A program made the translations under genes and the position numbers. Positions 16,772-25,424 of a stretch of DNA of 32,000 bases are shown here, piece after piece (positions within the stretch are counted from its first letter, which is position 1; each line of letters begins with the position of its first letter). The DNA comes from Nitrosopumilaceae archaeon (lineage in GTDB: Archaea; Thermoproteota; Nitrososphaeria; Nitrososphaerales; Nitrosopumilaceae): contig DASQHX010000001.1 in the NCBI GenBank assembly GCA_035631875.1, forward strand, positions 5,655 to 37,654, written 5' to 3'. Under the pieces are notes generated by a model. That model ran no database searches and was not told the DNA's origin. It was given only the letters and a program-made list of their open reading frames with translations.

Positions 16772-19120
16772 TTACATTTTTGGTGCAAAATAATCCTCGT
16801 CGGAGAGAGGTTTCTTCTTTGCTCTAATAAAAGTCATCAATTTCATGGTCTCGATATACATGTTGTAGATGAATTTATTTTCTTTAAGTCTAGGTGCAAT
16901 CATATGCCAAAAGTATCTAGCTCTTATGTTTGAGAACCTAGAGTCACGCACAACAAATACACTGTAAGAAGATTTTTCTATAATCGCCAGTGTCTTTGGG
17001 CTGAAAGCTTGATCCGATTGATTTCCTGCTCCCACTATGACAATCTCTGGATCTTTGTTTAGGTTTTGCAGCAGGTCTTTAGTAACGTCTTCTGTTGTCG
17101 GGTAGATTCTTTCAACAGGAATTTTCTTAAGATCTAGATCAAACATCTTTTCATTAATTTTTCCCAATATGTCACGCTCTTCTTCAGGTGATTCAACTAC
17201 ACCTCTAACAATTCGTATGCTACTTCCCAAAGTATTAGAAAAAGCGCTCGCAATTTCAATTCCCAAGTCAGAATGTCTCCCTTTATCGTATGATACCACA
17301 ATATGTGAGAGTTCCTTTTCAAATTCTTTTTTGATATGCACTCCGAGTATATCGCATGTAGTAAGTGACAGTAATTTTCTGTTGTTGCGAAGATCATAGA
17401 AATCCATCACAAGCAAGTTAATTCCTTGCTCTTCAACTGTAGCTAAAATGGCTTCTGTTGTATCATGTGTTAATCTTACCAGATATCTGTAATCTGAAGA
17501 GTTAGGCAAAGATCTTTTCATGTCTCCAACTGAGCGCATGGTAGGCTCCGCAAATCCTTGCCCCATAAAAAGAGGTATCTGAATTGGTATTGTCGCTACA
17601 CTTAGAAGTGAAATTTCACCGTCTTTATTTTTTGCAATTGCTGATGCTATTTTTACTAGTTTCTCGACAGTTTTCTTGTTGGATACTACCATTATGCGAT
17701 AATCTTTTCGATGAGATGGGCCTTCATTTGCAACTAATGGTGCGTAATGTTCAATCTCTTTTTTTGAAATATATAATTTGTAAATCGAGAATCCAATCAA
17801 TATCCAGACAATAGCAATTGCCCAGCTCAGTGGATTGTAAATTAAAAGAAAGACAGCAAGTCCTATTTTACAACATATGCCTATAATTGGCATGAGTGGA
17901 AAGAATGGGATTTTGAATCCATAATCAAGCTTATGACCATAAAGTCTTCTGATTTGAATTCCTGCCCAATTTACCTGTGTAAACAAAAATAAGAACATCA
18001 CACCAGCTGCAAGTGCTAGTTGTTCAATTGGGAGCCATACAGCCATCACAAGCATGATGAATCCTGATGCGATTATTGCAAAGTGAGGAGTATGATATTT
18101 GGGATGAATTGAGCTAAAGATGGAAGGTAGATTGTACTGTCTTCCCATAGCAAATGATACTCTACTTGAAGAAAATGTAGTTGCACTTAGTGCCGCAATA
18201 GTTGATACCAGACCACCAACTAATACTGCTATCATTCCATAAGGTATTAGAAATTTTGCTGCTTGTGCTATTCCCAACTCTTGATAATCACCTATGAAAT
18301 TCCATGCATCTTTGCCAGTTTTGGACGGATCCAGTCCACCTAAGAAAGCAAAAGTAAAAACAATGTAAAGAACCGTAACAACTCCAAGTGTAATGAATAC
18401 TGCCTTTGGAATATTCTTTTTTGGATTTTTAACTTCTTCACCAGTTTGTACAATTATTTCATACCCTTCAAAAGCAATGTATGTAATTCCCATTCCTAAA
18501 ACCAATCCTACCATTCCCTTTGGTAAAAAGTTCTGAAAGTTTGCTGTCCAGTGAGGGTTGGTAAAACTCAATGCATAGATACCTGCAATGATCAGAACCA
18601 CAATTATTGCAAGTTGCATAATTGTTAGTCCATTTCCAACTTTGCCTGTAAGAGAGGCCCCTCTGTAATTTACATATGTAAAAATAATTATAGATATAGT
18701 GGCAATAATTTTCTCAAGTGATATTCCGCCATACTCAGATGAAACCCCTATGTTTGTAAGCAAACTTCCAAAAAATGATCCAAAGGAGACCGCATACAAG
18801 CTTCCCGCAATCATATGGGCAAACCACGCTGTCCATCCGCTGATAAACGCATTTGGTCTTGGCAGTCCTTCTTTTACCCATCTATAACCACCTCCTGCTT
18901 CTGGAAAAGCAGAACCAAGTTCAGCATATGTCAGGGCGGTAAAGAAGCTGATAACTCCACTAAATACAAAAGCTACAATTAATGCTGGACCAGCTTCATG
19001 TATGGCAGGTCCTACCAGATTGAATATGGATCCACCTATCATTGCAGCAATTCCAACCATCGTTATGTCAAGTAGCGATAGACTACGTACAAGACCGGGA
19101 GACGACTTTTCAGTAGTCAT
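16772..19120 (-). CDS. APC-family amino acid permease with C-terminal universal-stress-protein-like domain
   Basis: 'LSLLDITMVGIAAMIGGSIF', 'TYAELGSAFPEAGGGYRWV', 'GITYIAFEGYEIIVQTGEEVKNPKKNIPKAV'; C-terminal ~300 aa soluble, Usp-like. Confidence 0.9.
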   Translation of the reverse strand: MTTEKSSPGLVRSLSLLDITMVGIAAMIGGSIFNLVGPAIHEAGPALIVAFVFSGVISFFTALTYAELGSAFPEAGGGYRWVKEGLPRPNAFISGWTAWFAHMIAGSLYAVSFGSFFGSLLTNIGVSSEYGGISLEKIIATISIIIFTYVNYRGASLTGKVGNGLTIMQLAIIVVLIIAGIYALSFTNPHWTANFQNFLPKGMVGLVLGMGITYIAFEGYEIIVQTGEEVKNPKKNIPKAVFITLGVVTVLYIVFTFAFLGGLDPSKTGKDAWNFIGDYQELGIAQAAKFLIPYGMIAVLVGGLVSTIAALSATTFSSSRVSFAMGRQYNLPSIFSSIHPKYHTPHFAIIASGFIMLVMAVWLPIEQLALAAGVMFLFLFTQVNWAGIQIRRLYGHKLDYGFKIPFFPLMPIIGICCKIGLAVFLLIYNPLSWAIAIVWILIGFSIYKLYISKKEIEHYAPLVANEGPSHRKDYRIMVVSNKKTVEKLVKIASAIAKNKDGEISLLSVATIPIQIPLFMGQGFAEPTMRSVGDMKRSLPNSSDYRYLVRLTHDTTEAILATVEEQGINLLVMDFYDLRNNRKLLSLTTCDILGVHIKKEFEKELSHIVVSYDKGRHSDLGIEIASAFSNTLGSSIRIVRGVVESPEEERDILGKINEKMFDLDLKKIPVERIYPTTEDVTKDLLQNLNKDPEIVIVGAGNQSDQAFSPKTLAIIEKSSYSVFVVRDSRFSNIRARYFWHMIAPRLKENKFIYNMYIETMKLMTFIRAKKKPLSDEDYFAPKM

Positions 19121-19189
19121 ATTATCTAACGGTTTGGAAAAAATGGTTGAATAAATCTCTACTTGTCTCTGTATACATTAATAGACATC

Positions 19190-19702
19190 CTAGTGGTGCT
19201 CTACAGCAATATCGTAAATATCATACTCTTTTAGGATATGAATAATATCTTCTTCTGAATGTGCTTTTGAATAATCTTCAAGAAGATTTTTGTTAAGATC
19301 ATAAAAAGTATGGCCCCATTTGAATTTGTTTATCATTTCATGTGCAAGAACATCGAATTCCATAATAAACAAAGCACCAGATATTGCTTCTACAGTTGTA
19401 AGCTTATTTAATTTTGAATAATTAACTGGATTACCAGCAAAAAGTGGTGGAAGTTTTCTGTGTATGCCAGGGAATTTTTTTACAAATGTTTCCTCTGCAA
19501 ATTCCCATGAGCAATCAATTCCAGTTATAGAATTAGCAATATGTTTATCATTTTTTAAAATCATTCTATCTGCAAAAGGATCTAAGATCAATGTGTTTGA
19601 CAAAGTGCTTCTTACATTTTTTGCAATCCCAAATTTAACAAGCTTTGCAGCACTGCATTTTTTTGGATCATCTTGTTTGAGCATTAAAACCTGAATTTGC
19701 AT
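19190..19702 (-). CDS. tsr3: Tsr3-like 16S/18S rRNA aminocarboxypropyltransferase (DUF367)
   Basis: 'QDDPKKCSAAKLVKFG', 'TGIDCSWEFAEETF', 'LPPLFAGNPVNYSKLNKLTTVEAISGALFI', 'FKWGHTFYDLNKNLLEDY' match the Tsr3 family. Confidence 0.9.
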   Translation of the reverse strand: MQIQVLMLKQDDPKKCSAAKLVKFGIAKNVRSTLSNTLILDPFADRMILKNDKHIANSITGIDCSWEFAEETFVKKFPGIHRKLPPLFAGNPVNYSKLNKLTTVEAISGALFIMEFDVLAHEMINKFKWGHTFYDLNKNLLEDYSKAHSEEDIIHILKEYDIYDIAVEHH

Positions 19703-19768
19703 TATTGTTTTTTATCTTGTATAAGATGTATAATAAACTAACATCAGTGTTGACGTTTGTAATAATGC

Positions 19769-22700
19769 CTATTTAGACACGTAAGTAATCTGGTAGTAGA
19801 ACCTAGAGGGTTGGTCTTTCTTAATAATTTGTACATTAAATTGTCCATCTTGAATTACACCGTTTTCATCTGCAGGTAAGATTGTAAATTTCTCCAGTCT
19901 AGCCCCAGAACCAGTATATCCGACCAAAAAGTTTTGGTTACCGATTTGGATTGTTTGATATAGTGAGCCAGAGTTTTGTGTAGAGCCTGTAATCTTACAA
20001 TTAGGATCCTGACCAATCAAGCAGGTTCCATCTTCAAAAGTCACCTTAAGGCTAACATTTGATTCATCACCAGAATTTACACGTAATAAACCATCAATCA
20101 TTCTTGGATAGAATGTACTATTTCCGACAGTTTTTTCCTTAATGGTTATTGGTATAAATGAATCTGTTATTCTATTTACCTTGTCAACTGTTATAGTATT
20201 GGAAAGAATTGTTTTCTGAGTAGGTCCAATGGTACTTGGTTTTATCGATGGAGTAGTTACTTGCGGTATTCCTTGTGTTGTGTTTCCTTGCGTAGTATTT
20301 CCTTGAGTTGCATTTACTTGAGGAGGTGTCACTACATTTGGTAATTGATTTACAACTTGGAATGGAGCACTAAACACACCAAAGGGAGCTTTGGCCATTA
20401 CAACATAGTTTCCAAGTTTTGCATTATCAGGAATTTTATAATTATAACTAAAAGAACTTGTTTGATCAAAAGGCACCGTAGCTTTTGGTAATACATTACC
20501 TGCCTTTGATACCACTTGTCCTTCACTTATGATGGTATCATTTGCAAGACCAACAGAAATATCAACAGAGTTAATTGATATTATGAAACTTGTTCTTCCA
20601 GTAATTAAAACAGTCTGACCTGGAAGATACTTGTCATTATCAGTTGTCAACAACAATGAAAGTTTACTTGATGAAGTAGTAAACGGATCAGTTACGTTAA
20701 AGCTTGCCTGTGAGGCTACTCCAAGATAGTTTCCGTATATCTTGTATGTTCCAGTTTGAAATATTCCTGGACGCAATTCTATTGAAGTTTGAAATTGACC
20801 TCCTGGGTTTACTTGTACTGTTGCTCTGGAGGCCTCCTGTCCAGTACCAGTATATACAACAATGTTAATCAGAGTATTTTGTTCAAGTGCAGCAGCATTA
20901 ACTTGCGGTATTACTTGACCAAAGACTCGCACTGTTTGAGTAGTTGTATAATCTGTCTTGTCTGTCTCTAGGAAAAATGGTGACAATTTGGTTTCTGATT
21001 GTGGATTTTTAGAAACGCCGAAGAACAAGTCAGTTTTAGCATGATTTGAGCCAATGGATATTCTATAGATTCCAAATGTGTTTGGATAATTATTTATGGT
21101 TACAACATTTTGTCTGCCAGAGTTGATTATAGTTGCAAGAGTTCCTCCAGTAGTAGAAGAATTAGGTATTGTCCAATCCCAAGAGAAGAATCCATTGGTT
21201 ATTGTTAAGGGGTTTGTGATTATACTGCCATCAGGCAGTGTTAATGTAATTGTGTATGATGACGTATCTACAAAACTAGATAGTTTACCAGTCAGATGCA
21301 CTGTTTCTCCAACGCCATAGACTTGTTTATCAGTACTTGCTACTACAGCTTGATTTCCTGTTACTAACGGATCATAAACTGAAAACGATGCAGTAGTTGT
21401 CAGTTTATTATATGTGGCTTTTAGAGTATACGTACCTGGTTCAAAGACACTACGGTATAATGTTTCTTGAATTTTGTAGTTACCATTGCTATCAGGATAT
21501 GCGTAAAATGTCAGAGGGGTATTTACCACACCTGATCCTATTCCTCCTGAAAGATTTGGACCAGTATTAGCTTTTGATATTAAAGCTGTACCATTTCCAT
21601 TCAATACTGTAATAACAAGACTAGTGGCGGTTGTGACTTGATTTGATGCAATGTTACCTGAAATAGCAACGGAGTCTCCTATTGCATAAGAGGATTGATC
21701 TGTTGTAATGGATAAAGGTCCTGAATTTGTTGCTACAAAAATACTTGGATTTTGTACTACATGAAAGTCTGCTTCTGTTTTATAGGATTTTTCAGATATT
21801 ATTGCTCTGTAGCTTCCAAATCTATCTGTCACACTTGGAATTGGTAATGTATATGTAAATGTACCATCTGATGAAACATTTAATGAACTTTTTACGTCAT
21901 ATGTTTGTCTAACAACACCTGATGTATAGGATTGTACTATCTCGATTTGAAAGTCATTCACTCCAATCAAATTTGTACGGCCTGAAATTGTTACAGTGTC
22001 ACCTAATCCATATGCTTGTTTGTCTGTAGTTACTACTATTGGAGCACTCAGAGTTGGCTGCGGTATTAGATTAAACCAAGTAGTTGTTGTAGCTGTATCA
22101 TATTTTGCAACAATATCATATGTTCCATAAACAGGATTTACTGAATTTAAAACAACACCTGATGAAGTAGATGTATGATGAAAATAATTATAAGAAGTAA
22201 TTCTTCCTTGCGAATCAGGATACAAGTTTCCATCGTAAACTTTGACATTATTAGGATCATATACTGTGTACGTTACAGCAGTAAGCGGAATAATTTTTGA
22301 GACGTTTCCTATAATAGTTATCGGATCTCCCAAAATGTAAGATGGTTTATCAGTGCCAAATGTAAGTTTAGTTTGTGCTTGTTGTGGTGGAGGAACATAT
22401 GCTTGTGCATTTAAGACAAATTGTGTAGCTGCTGATGCATCTGAATAAATCACAGAAACATTATAGTCTCCTTCTTGAAATCCCAATAGCGGATCAGTTT
22501 TCAAATCTGTTTCAAATTGAAGGTTATTGTTAGGATATGCTGTAATTGTTTTTTGAAATCCAGGGCCTGTAACAAGTATGCGAATTTGTTCTGGAATATA
22601 ACTTAGATTTGGTATGTTAACTTGTTTTGAAACTTGACCGCTTATTTTTACTATATCACCAAAAACATAGCTTGTTTTATCAGTTGTAACTGTAATACTA

Positions 22701-23245
22701 AGTACGGAAGAAGTTCCAGCTGAAACTAGTTTTCCATTTGAACTACCTGTAGTTGCTATTTTGAATACCCAGTCGCTAGTAGAGTTTGTATTAAATCCAT
22801 CTGCAATTCTCTGCCAAGTGTTAAAGTCATTTTTCTGATCATCTAGTGGTGGAGTTTGGTCTACGACCATACCATTTGCATCTTTTAGTTGAATAACTGC
22901 ACCAATATGTGGAAACCATGATGGTCCATACGTATATGTCAAAAATTGTCCGCTTTGAATATTTGTACCAGCAGAAATTGTGTATGTATTTCGTAATCCA
23001 GTTGTAGCTCCAATTGTCCAACCACCAATGTTAACTGGTTCGGATGTTGGATTATACAGCTCTACCCATTGTGATATTGATTTAGAATCATCACCTGGAG
23101 GATCTGTTTCAACTTCATTTATCACAACATGATTAGCAATAGAACTTAGTTGGCCCATTACAGGATTTACTTGAACACACAGCATGACTACTGCCAAAAA
23201 TCCAATTACAAGATATAATCTAGGGTCTCTCATCTGCACTATCAT
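19769..23245 (-). CDS. Large secreted protein: Lamin-tail domain plus ~7 Ig-like/MG2-like repeats
   Basis: Signal peptide 'YLVIGFLAVVMLCVQVNPVMG'; LTD-like 'VVINEVETDPPGDDSKSISQWVELYNPTSEPVNIGGWTI'; repeated '(T/S)TD..-Y--G--V-I-G' motifs. Confidence 0.85.
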   Translation of the reverse strand: MIVQMRDPRLYLVIGFLAVVMLCVQVNPVMGQLSSIANHVVINEVETDPPGDDSKSISQWVELYNPTSEPVNIGGWTIGATTGLRNTYTISAGTNIQSGQFLTYTYGPSWFPHIGAVIQLKDANGMVVDQTPPLDDQKNDFNTWQRIADGFNTNSTSDWVFKIATTGSSNGKLVSAGTSSVLSITVTTDKTSYVFGDIVKISGQVSKQVNIPNLSYIPEQIRILVTGPGFQKTITAYPNNNLQFETDLKTDPLLGFQEGDYNVSVIYSDASAATQFVLNAQAYVPPPQQAQTKLTFGTDKPSYILGDPITIIGNVSKIIPLTAVTYTVYDPNNVKVYDGNLYPDSQGRITSYNYFHHTSTSSGVVLNSVNPVYGTYDIVAKYDTATTTTWFNLIPQPTLSAPIVVTTDKQAYGLGDTVTISGRTNLIGVNDFQIEIVQSYTSGVVRQTYDVKSSLNVSSDGTFTYTLPIPSVTDRFGSYRAIISEKSYKTEADFHVVQNPSIFVATNSGPLSITTDQSSYAIGDSVAISGNIASNQVTTATSLVITVLNGNGTALISKANTGPNLSGGIGSGVVNTPLTFYAYPDSNGNYKIQETLYRSVFEPGTYTLKATYNKLTTTASFSVYDPLVTGNQAVVASTDKQVYGVGETVHLTGKLSSFVDTSSYTITLTLPDGSIITNPLTITNGFFSWDWTIPNSSTTGGTLATIINSGRQNVVTINNYPNTFGIYRISIGSNHAKTDLFFGVSKNPQSETKLSPFFLETDKTDYTTTQTVRVFGQVIPQVNAAALEQNTLINIVVYTGTGQEASRATVQVNPGGQFQTSIELRPGIFQTGTYKIYGNYLGVASQASFNVTDPFTTSSSKLSLLLTTDNDKYLPGQTVLITGRTSFIISINSVDISVGLANDTIISEGQVVSKAGNVLPKATVPFDQTSSFSYNYKIPDNAKLGNYVVMAKAPFGVFSAPFQVVNQLPNVVTPPQVNATQGNTTQGNTTQGIPQVTTPSIKPSTIGPTQKTILSNTITVDKVNRITDSFIPITIKEKTVGNSTFYPRMIDGLLRVNSGDESNVSLKVTFEDGTCLIGQDPNCKITGSTQNSGSLYQTIQIGNQNFLVGYTGSGARLEKFTILPADENGVIQDGQFNVQIIKKDQPSRFYYQITYVSK

Positions 23246-23437
23246 TTCATCACAAATATTACAATTTTAGGTATTGATAGAGTAAAAGTTGAGCTAGTTG
23301 TTAATGCCCAATATGCACAAGCAGGCATGAATAATGTGCTGCGTTATCCATTATAAGTCGTACGTAGAACTTGTTCTATATTGAGAAGGAATTAATCTTT
23401 TGCTTCAATGAGTTAAATGTAATAGTAATAACGTATC

Positions 23438-23686
23438 CTAAGCTTGGTTTTTAGTATCACATTGCGGACATTTGTTGTTTACAATTCTTTGTCCACAAAC
23501 TACACACATTCCTTCTCCCATAGCTTTTTGCATTTGTTTTTTTCTTCTTCCAACAAATACTCGCACCCCAAAATAAATTGCAATAGATATTATAATTGCA
23601 TAAACAGGAGCGATAAATGGCAACATACCTATCATTAAAAACAAAATACCTATAATCAGAACTATCTCACGTTTTTCAAAACCCAA
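23438..23686 (-). CDS. Small membrane protein with C-terminal zinc ribbon
   Basis: Two hydrophobic segments then 'CVVCGQRIVNNKCPQC'. Confidence 0.7.
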   Translation of the reverse strand: MGFEKREIVLIIGILFLMIGMLPFIAPVYAIIISIAIYFGVRVFVGRRKKQMQKAMGEGMCVVCGQRIVNNKCPQCDTKNQA

Positions 23687-23963
23687 TTATGTTAACATTT
23701 AGAAATTTTAATAAAAATCTATGCCAGGACTCAGAGTCACTGAATTTGCACTCATATTGTATCATGTCTCTAACTCCTCTTCATCGTCTGGCTTTTTTAG
23801 AATGGTAAAAGTAAGATAAGAACTAATTGAAGAAAAATGTAATTTCCATCTCACAATCATTGTAAAAATTATCTTTACTCATATAATTGTCATAATTTGT
23901 GCTCTTTTTACTATCTTTCTGTTACTCTTCATCCTTTTGTAGAATTTCGCCTAGTTTTATCCA

Positions 23964-24263
23964 ATGGGAAAACGAAAATTCACCATTGATCTTGGCAATG
24001 AAAAGATAGAGGTAGAAGGACATATGCACAAAAATGTAGCCATCAAATATCTCATGAAAAGACGCAGGTCACTTATTATGACTCGCGACAAGGAGAAAGT
24101 TGAACGACTGTATGAGAGCGTCCCAAAGATAATATCCATAATAGGAGGACATTTAACAAAATCCTACCAAGTAAACTGGGAAAGAGAGGGCACAACAGAA
24201 TTTGAGGGCTCTAGATTTGTCTTTACGTTAACTGAGATTCCAGACCAAAGGATAATAGCGTAA
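23964..24263 (+). CDS. Conserved hypothetical protein
   Basis: 99 aa ORF beginning 'MGKRKFTIDLGNEKIEVEGHMHKNVAIKYLMKRR'; basic/acidic composition typical of coding sequence. Confidence 0.6.
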   Translation: MGKRKFTIDLGNEKIEVEGHMHKNVAIKYLMKRRRSLIMTRDKEKVERLYESVPKIISIIGGHLTKSYQVNWEREGTTEFEGSRFVFTLTEIPDQRIIA

Positions 24264-24319
24264 AACTAACTGAGTTTTTGATAATGTCCTAACTGTTGAT
24301 TCTGTCTAAATTTGTAAAT

Positions 24320-24634
24320 TCAGATTATACCAACTTCATGCATAGTAATCAGACCGTTATCGCCAACTATTTCTTTTATCTCTGGCAGTATCTTTTCAAG
24401 TTTCGATAACTCGTCAATTACTTCGATAACAAGTGGCATGTTAACTGATATTCCTTCTACACGTATGTTAGATTCTCCTCGTTTTCCATATCCACCTGTA
24501 CCAGTCCAGATTGTAGCACCAGAAATTTTCCTCTTTTTCAAAATGTCAAGTATTAGTATATGAACACGTTTTCCCTTCACAGTGTCATTTTTTTTAATTC
24601 TGATAACAAATGACCACATTTTTATGATTCTCAT
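24320..24634 (-). CDS. DUF190 family protein associated with CrcB
   Basis: 'ILDILKKRKISGATIWTGTGGYGKRG...MPLVIEVIDELSKLEKILPEI' typical DUF190; directly downstream of crcB. Confidence 0.88.
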   Translation of the reverse strand: MRIIKMWSFVIRIKKNDTVKGKRVHILILDILKKRKISGATIWTGTGGYGKRGESNIRVEGISVNMPLVIEVIDELSKLEKILPEIKEIVGDNGLITMHEVGII

Positions 24635-24635
24635 T

Positions 24636-25022
24636 TTATCTTAATGCTCCAACTATTACACTTAAAAAAGCTCTACCTCCAAATATAGAACCTAATGACA
24701 AACCTACATTTGTGATTATATTAATTGCCATTAAAGAATATTGTTTATTATCAATCAAGTCAGATGTTTCCAACGCAAATGAGGACATTGTAGTTAGTCC
24801 GCCACAGAACCCTATTGCAACTAGCAACATATACTTGTCATCAAGATTCCATTGTTGTGAAAGAACTGCGAAGCCTCCAAGAATAAAACTTCCCACTATA
24901 TTCACGATTAATACGTTTACAGGCAATACCCCAAGAAATAATGGAGATTTTGTTATCCCATATCGTAGAAAAGTTCCAGCCAATCCACCTATTGCTAGAA
25001 ACATTATTTCAATTCCCTTCAT
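24636..25022 (-). CDS. crcB: Fluoride channel/exporter CrcB (Fluc)
   Basis: 'AIGGLAGTFLRYGIT', 'PVNVLIVNIVGSFILGG', 'GFCGGLTTMSSFALET' Fluc motifs. Confidence 0.95.
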   Translation of the reverse strand: MKGIEIMFLAIGGLAGTFLRYGITKSPLFLGVLPVNVLIVNIVGSFILGGFAVLSQQWNLDDKYMLLVAIGFCGGLTTMSSFALETSDLIDNKQYSLMAINIITNVGLSLGSIFGGRAFLSVIVGALR

Positions 25023-25076
25023 ATAGAATCACTTTTCTGGTGAAATTGATTTTCTTTTTGATTTTTGTTTGTCATT

Positions 25077-25108
25077 TGTCTACCTGTTTAATTTTCATTA
25101 GGTAGACA
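25077..25108 (-). promoter_or_regulatory. Candidate expression-platform hairpin overlapping the aptamer 3' core
   Basis: Perfect 9-bp inverted repeat UGUCUACCU (25108-25100) / AGGUAGACA (25085-25077) with a 14-nt loop; arm 1 contains the aptamer's pseudoknot strand and CUAC. Confidence 0.6.
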
Positions 25109-25164
25109 TTATCAGCATCTTCTGATGCGGTTTAGGATTTCCCAAGGCTAATGTCATAGCCTGC
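25101..25164 (-). promoter_or_regulatory. Fluoride riboswitch-like aptamer (crcB motif)
   Basis: Minus strand 'CAGGCUAUGACAUUAGCCUUGGGAAAUCCUAAACCGCAUCAGAAGAUGCUGAUAAUGUCUACC'. AGGCU/AGCCU stem, GACAUU(25155-25150)/AAUGUC(25110-25105) pseudoknot, GCAUC-AGAA-GAUGC hairpin, and conserved AAAC-GC...GCUGAU...CUAC, as in the crcB motif. Confidence 0.88.
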
Positions 25165-25182
25165 AATCACATAATTTTATCA

Positions 25183-25191
25183 TATTTTTAA
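25183..25191 (-). promoter_or_regulatory. Candidate TATA box of the riboswitch-crcB-DUF190 transcript
   Basis: 'TTAAAAATA' on the minus strand, centre ~25 nt before the first aptamer base (~25162). Confidence 0.5.
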
Positions 25192-25269
25192 GCCTTTGTT
25201 ACAAGTTTCATTATTATTTTGGTTACAATGTGAACAAATCAAACCTAAGATGTATTGAATACAAAATAA

Positions 25270-25343
25270 TGGGATCGGCCGGATTTGAACCGACGACCTC
25301 AGGTACCCAAAACCCGAATCATACCATGCTAGACCACGATCCC
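25270..25343 (-). tRNA. tRNA-Pro (anticodon TGG)
   Basis: Minus strand folds as GGGATCG...CGATCCC-A; anticodon arm CGGGT-TTTGGGT-ACCTG; T arm GTCGG-TTCAAAT-CCGGC. No intron seen. Confidence 0.95.
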
Positions 25344-25424
25344 GATGTAAATGCAGCTTGGAGCTCCCCAATTTAAGCTTCACAGATGATGATTTTAAAT
25401 AACATACAAAATCAAGACTATTTT

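Noticed and set aside
19769-22710. Tandem DNA repeat in the large secreted gene
   Set aside because: The repetition is at protein motif level with strong divergence, so it represents old domain duplications rather than a DNA satellite.
25077-25108. Interpreting the crcB-leader hairpin as a standard intrinsic terminator
   Set aside because: The transcript strand after the hairpin is A-rich with no U-run, which does not fit known bacterial or archaeal U-tract termination.
25180-25383. Listed 67-aa minus-strand ORF
   Set aside because: It spans the whole tRNA-Pro gene and runs into the promoter of the crcB transcript, so it is an accidental ORF.
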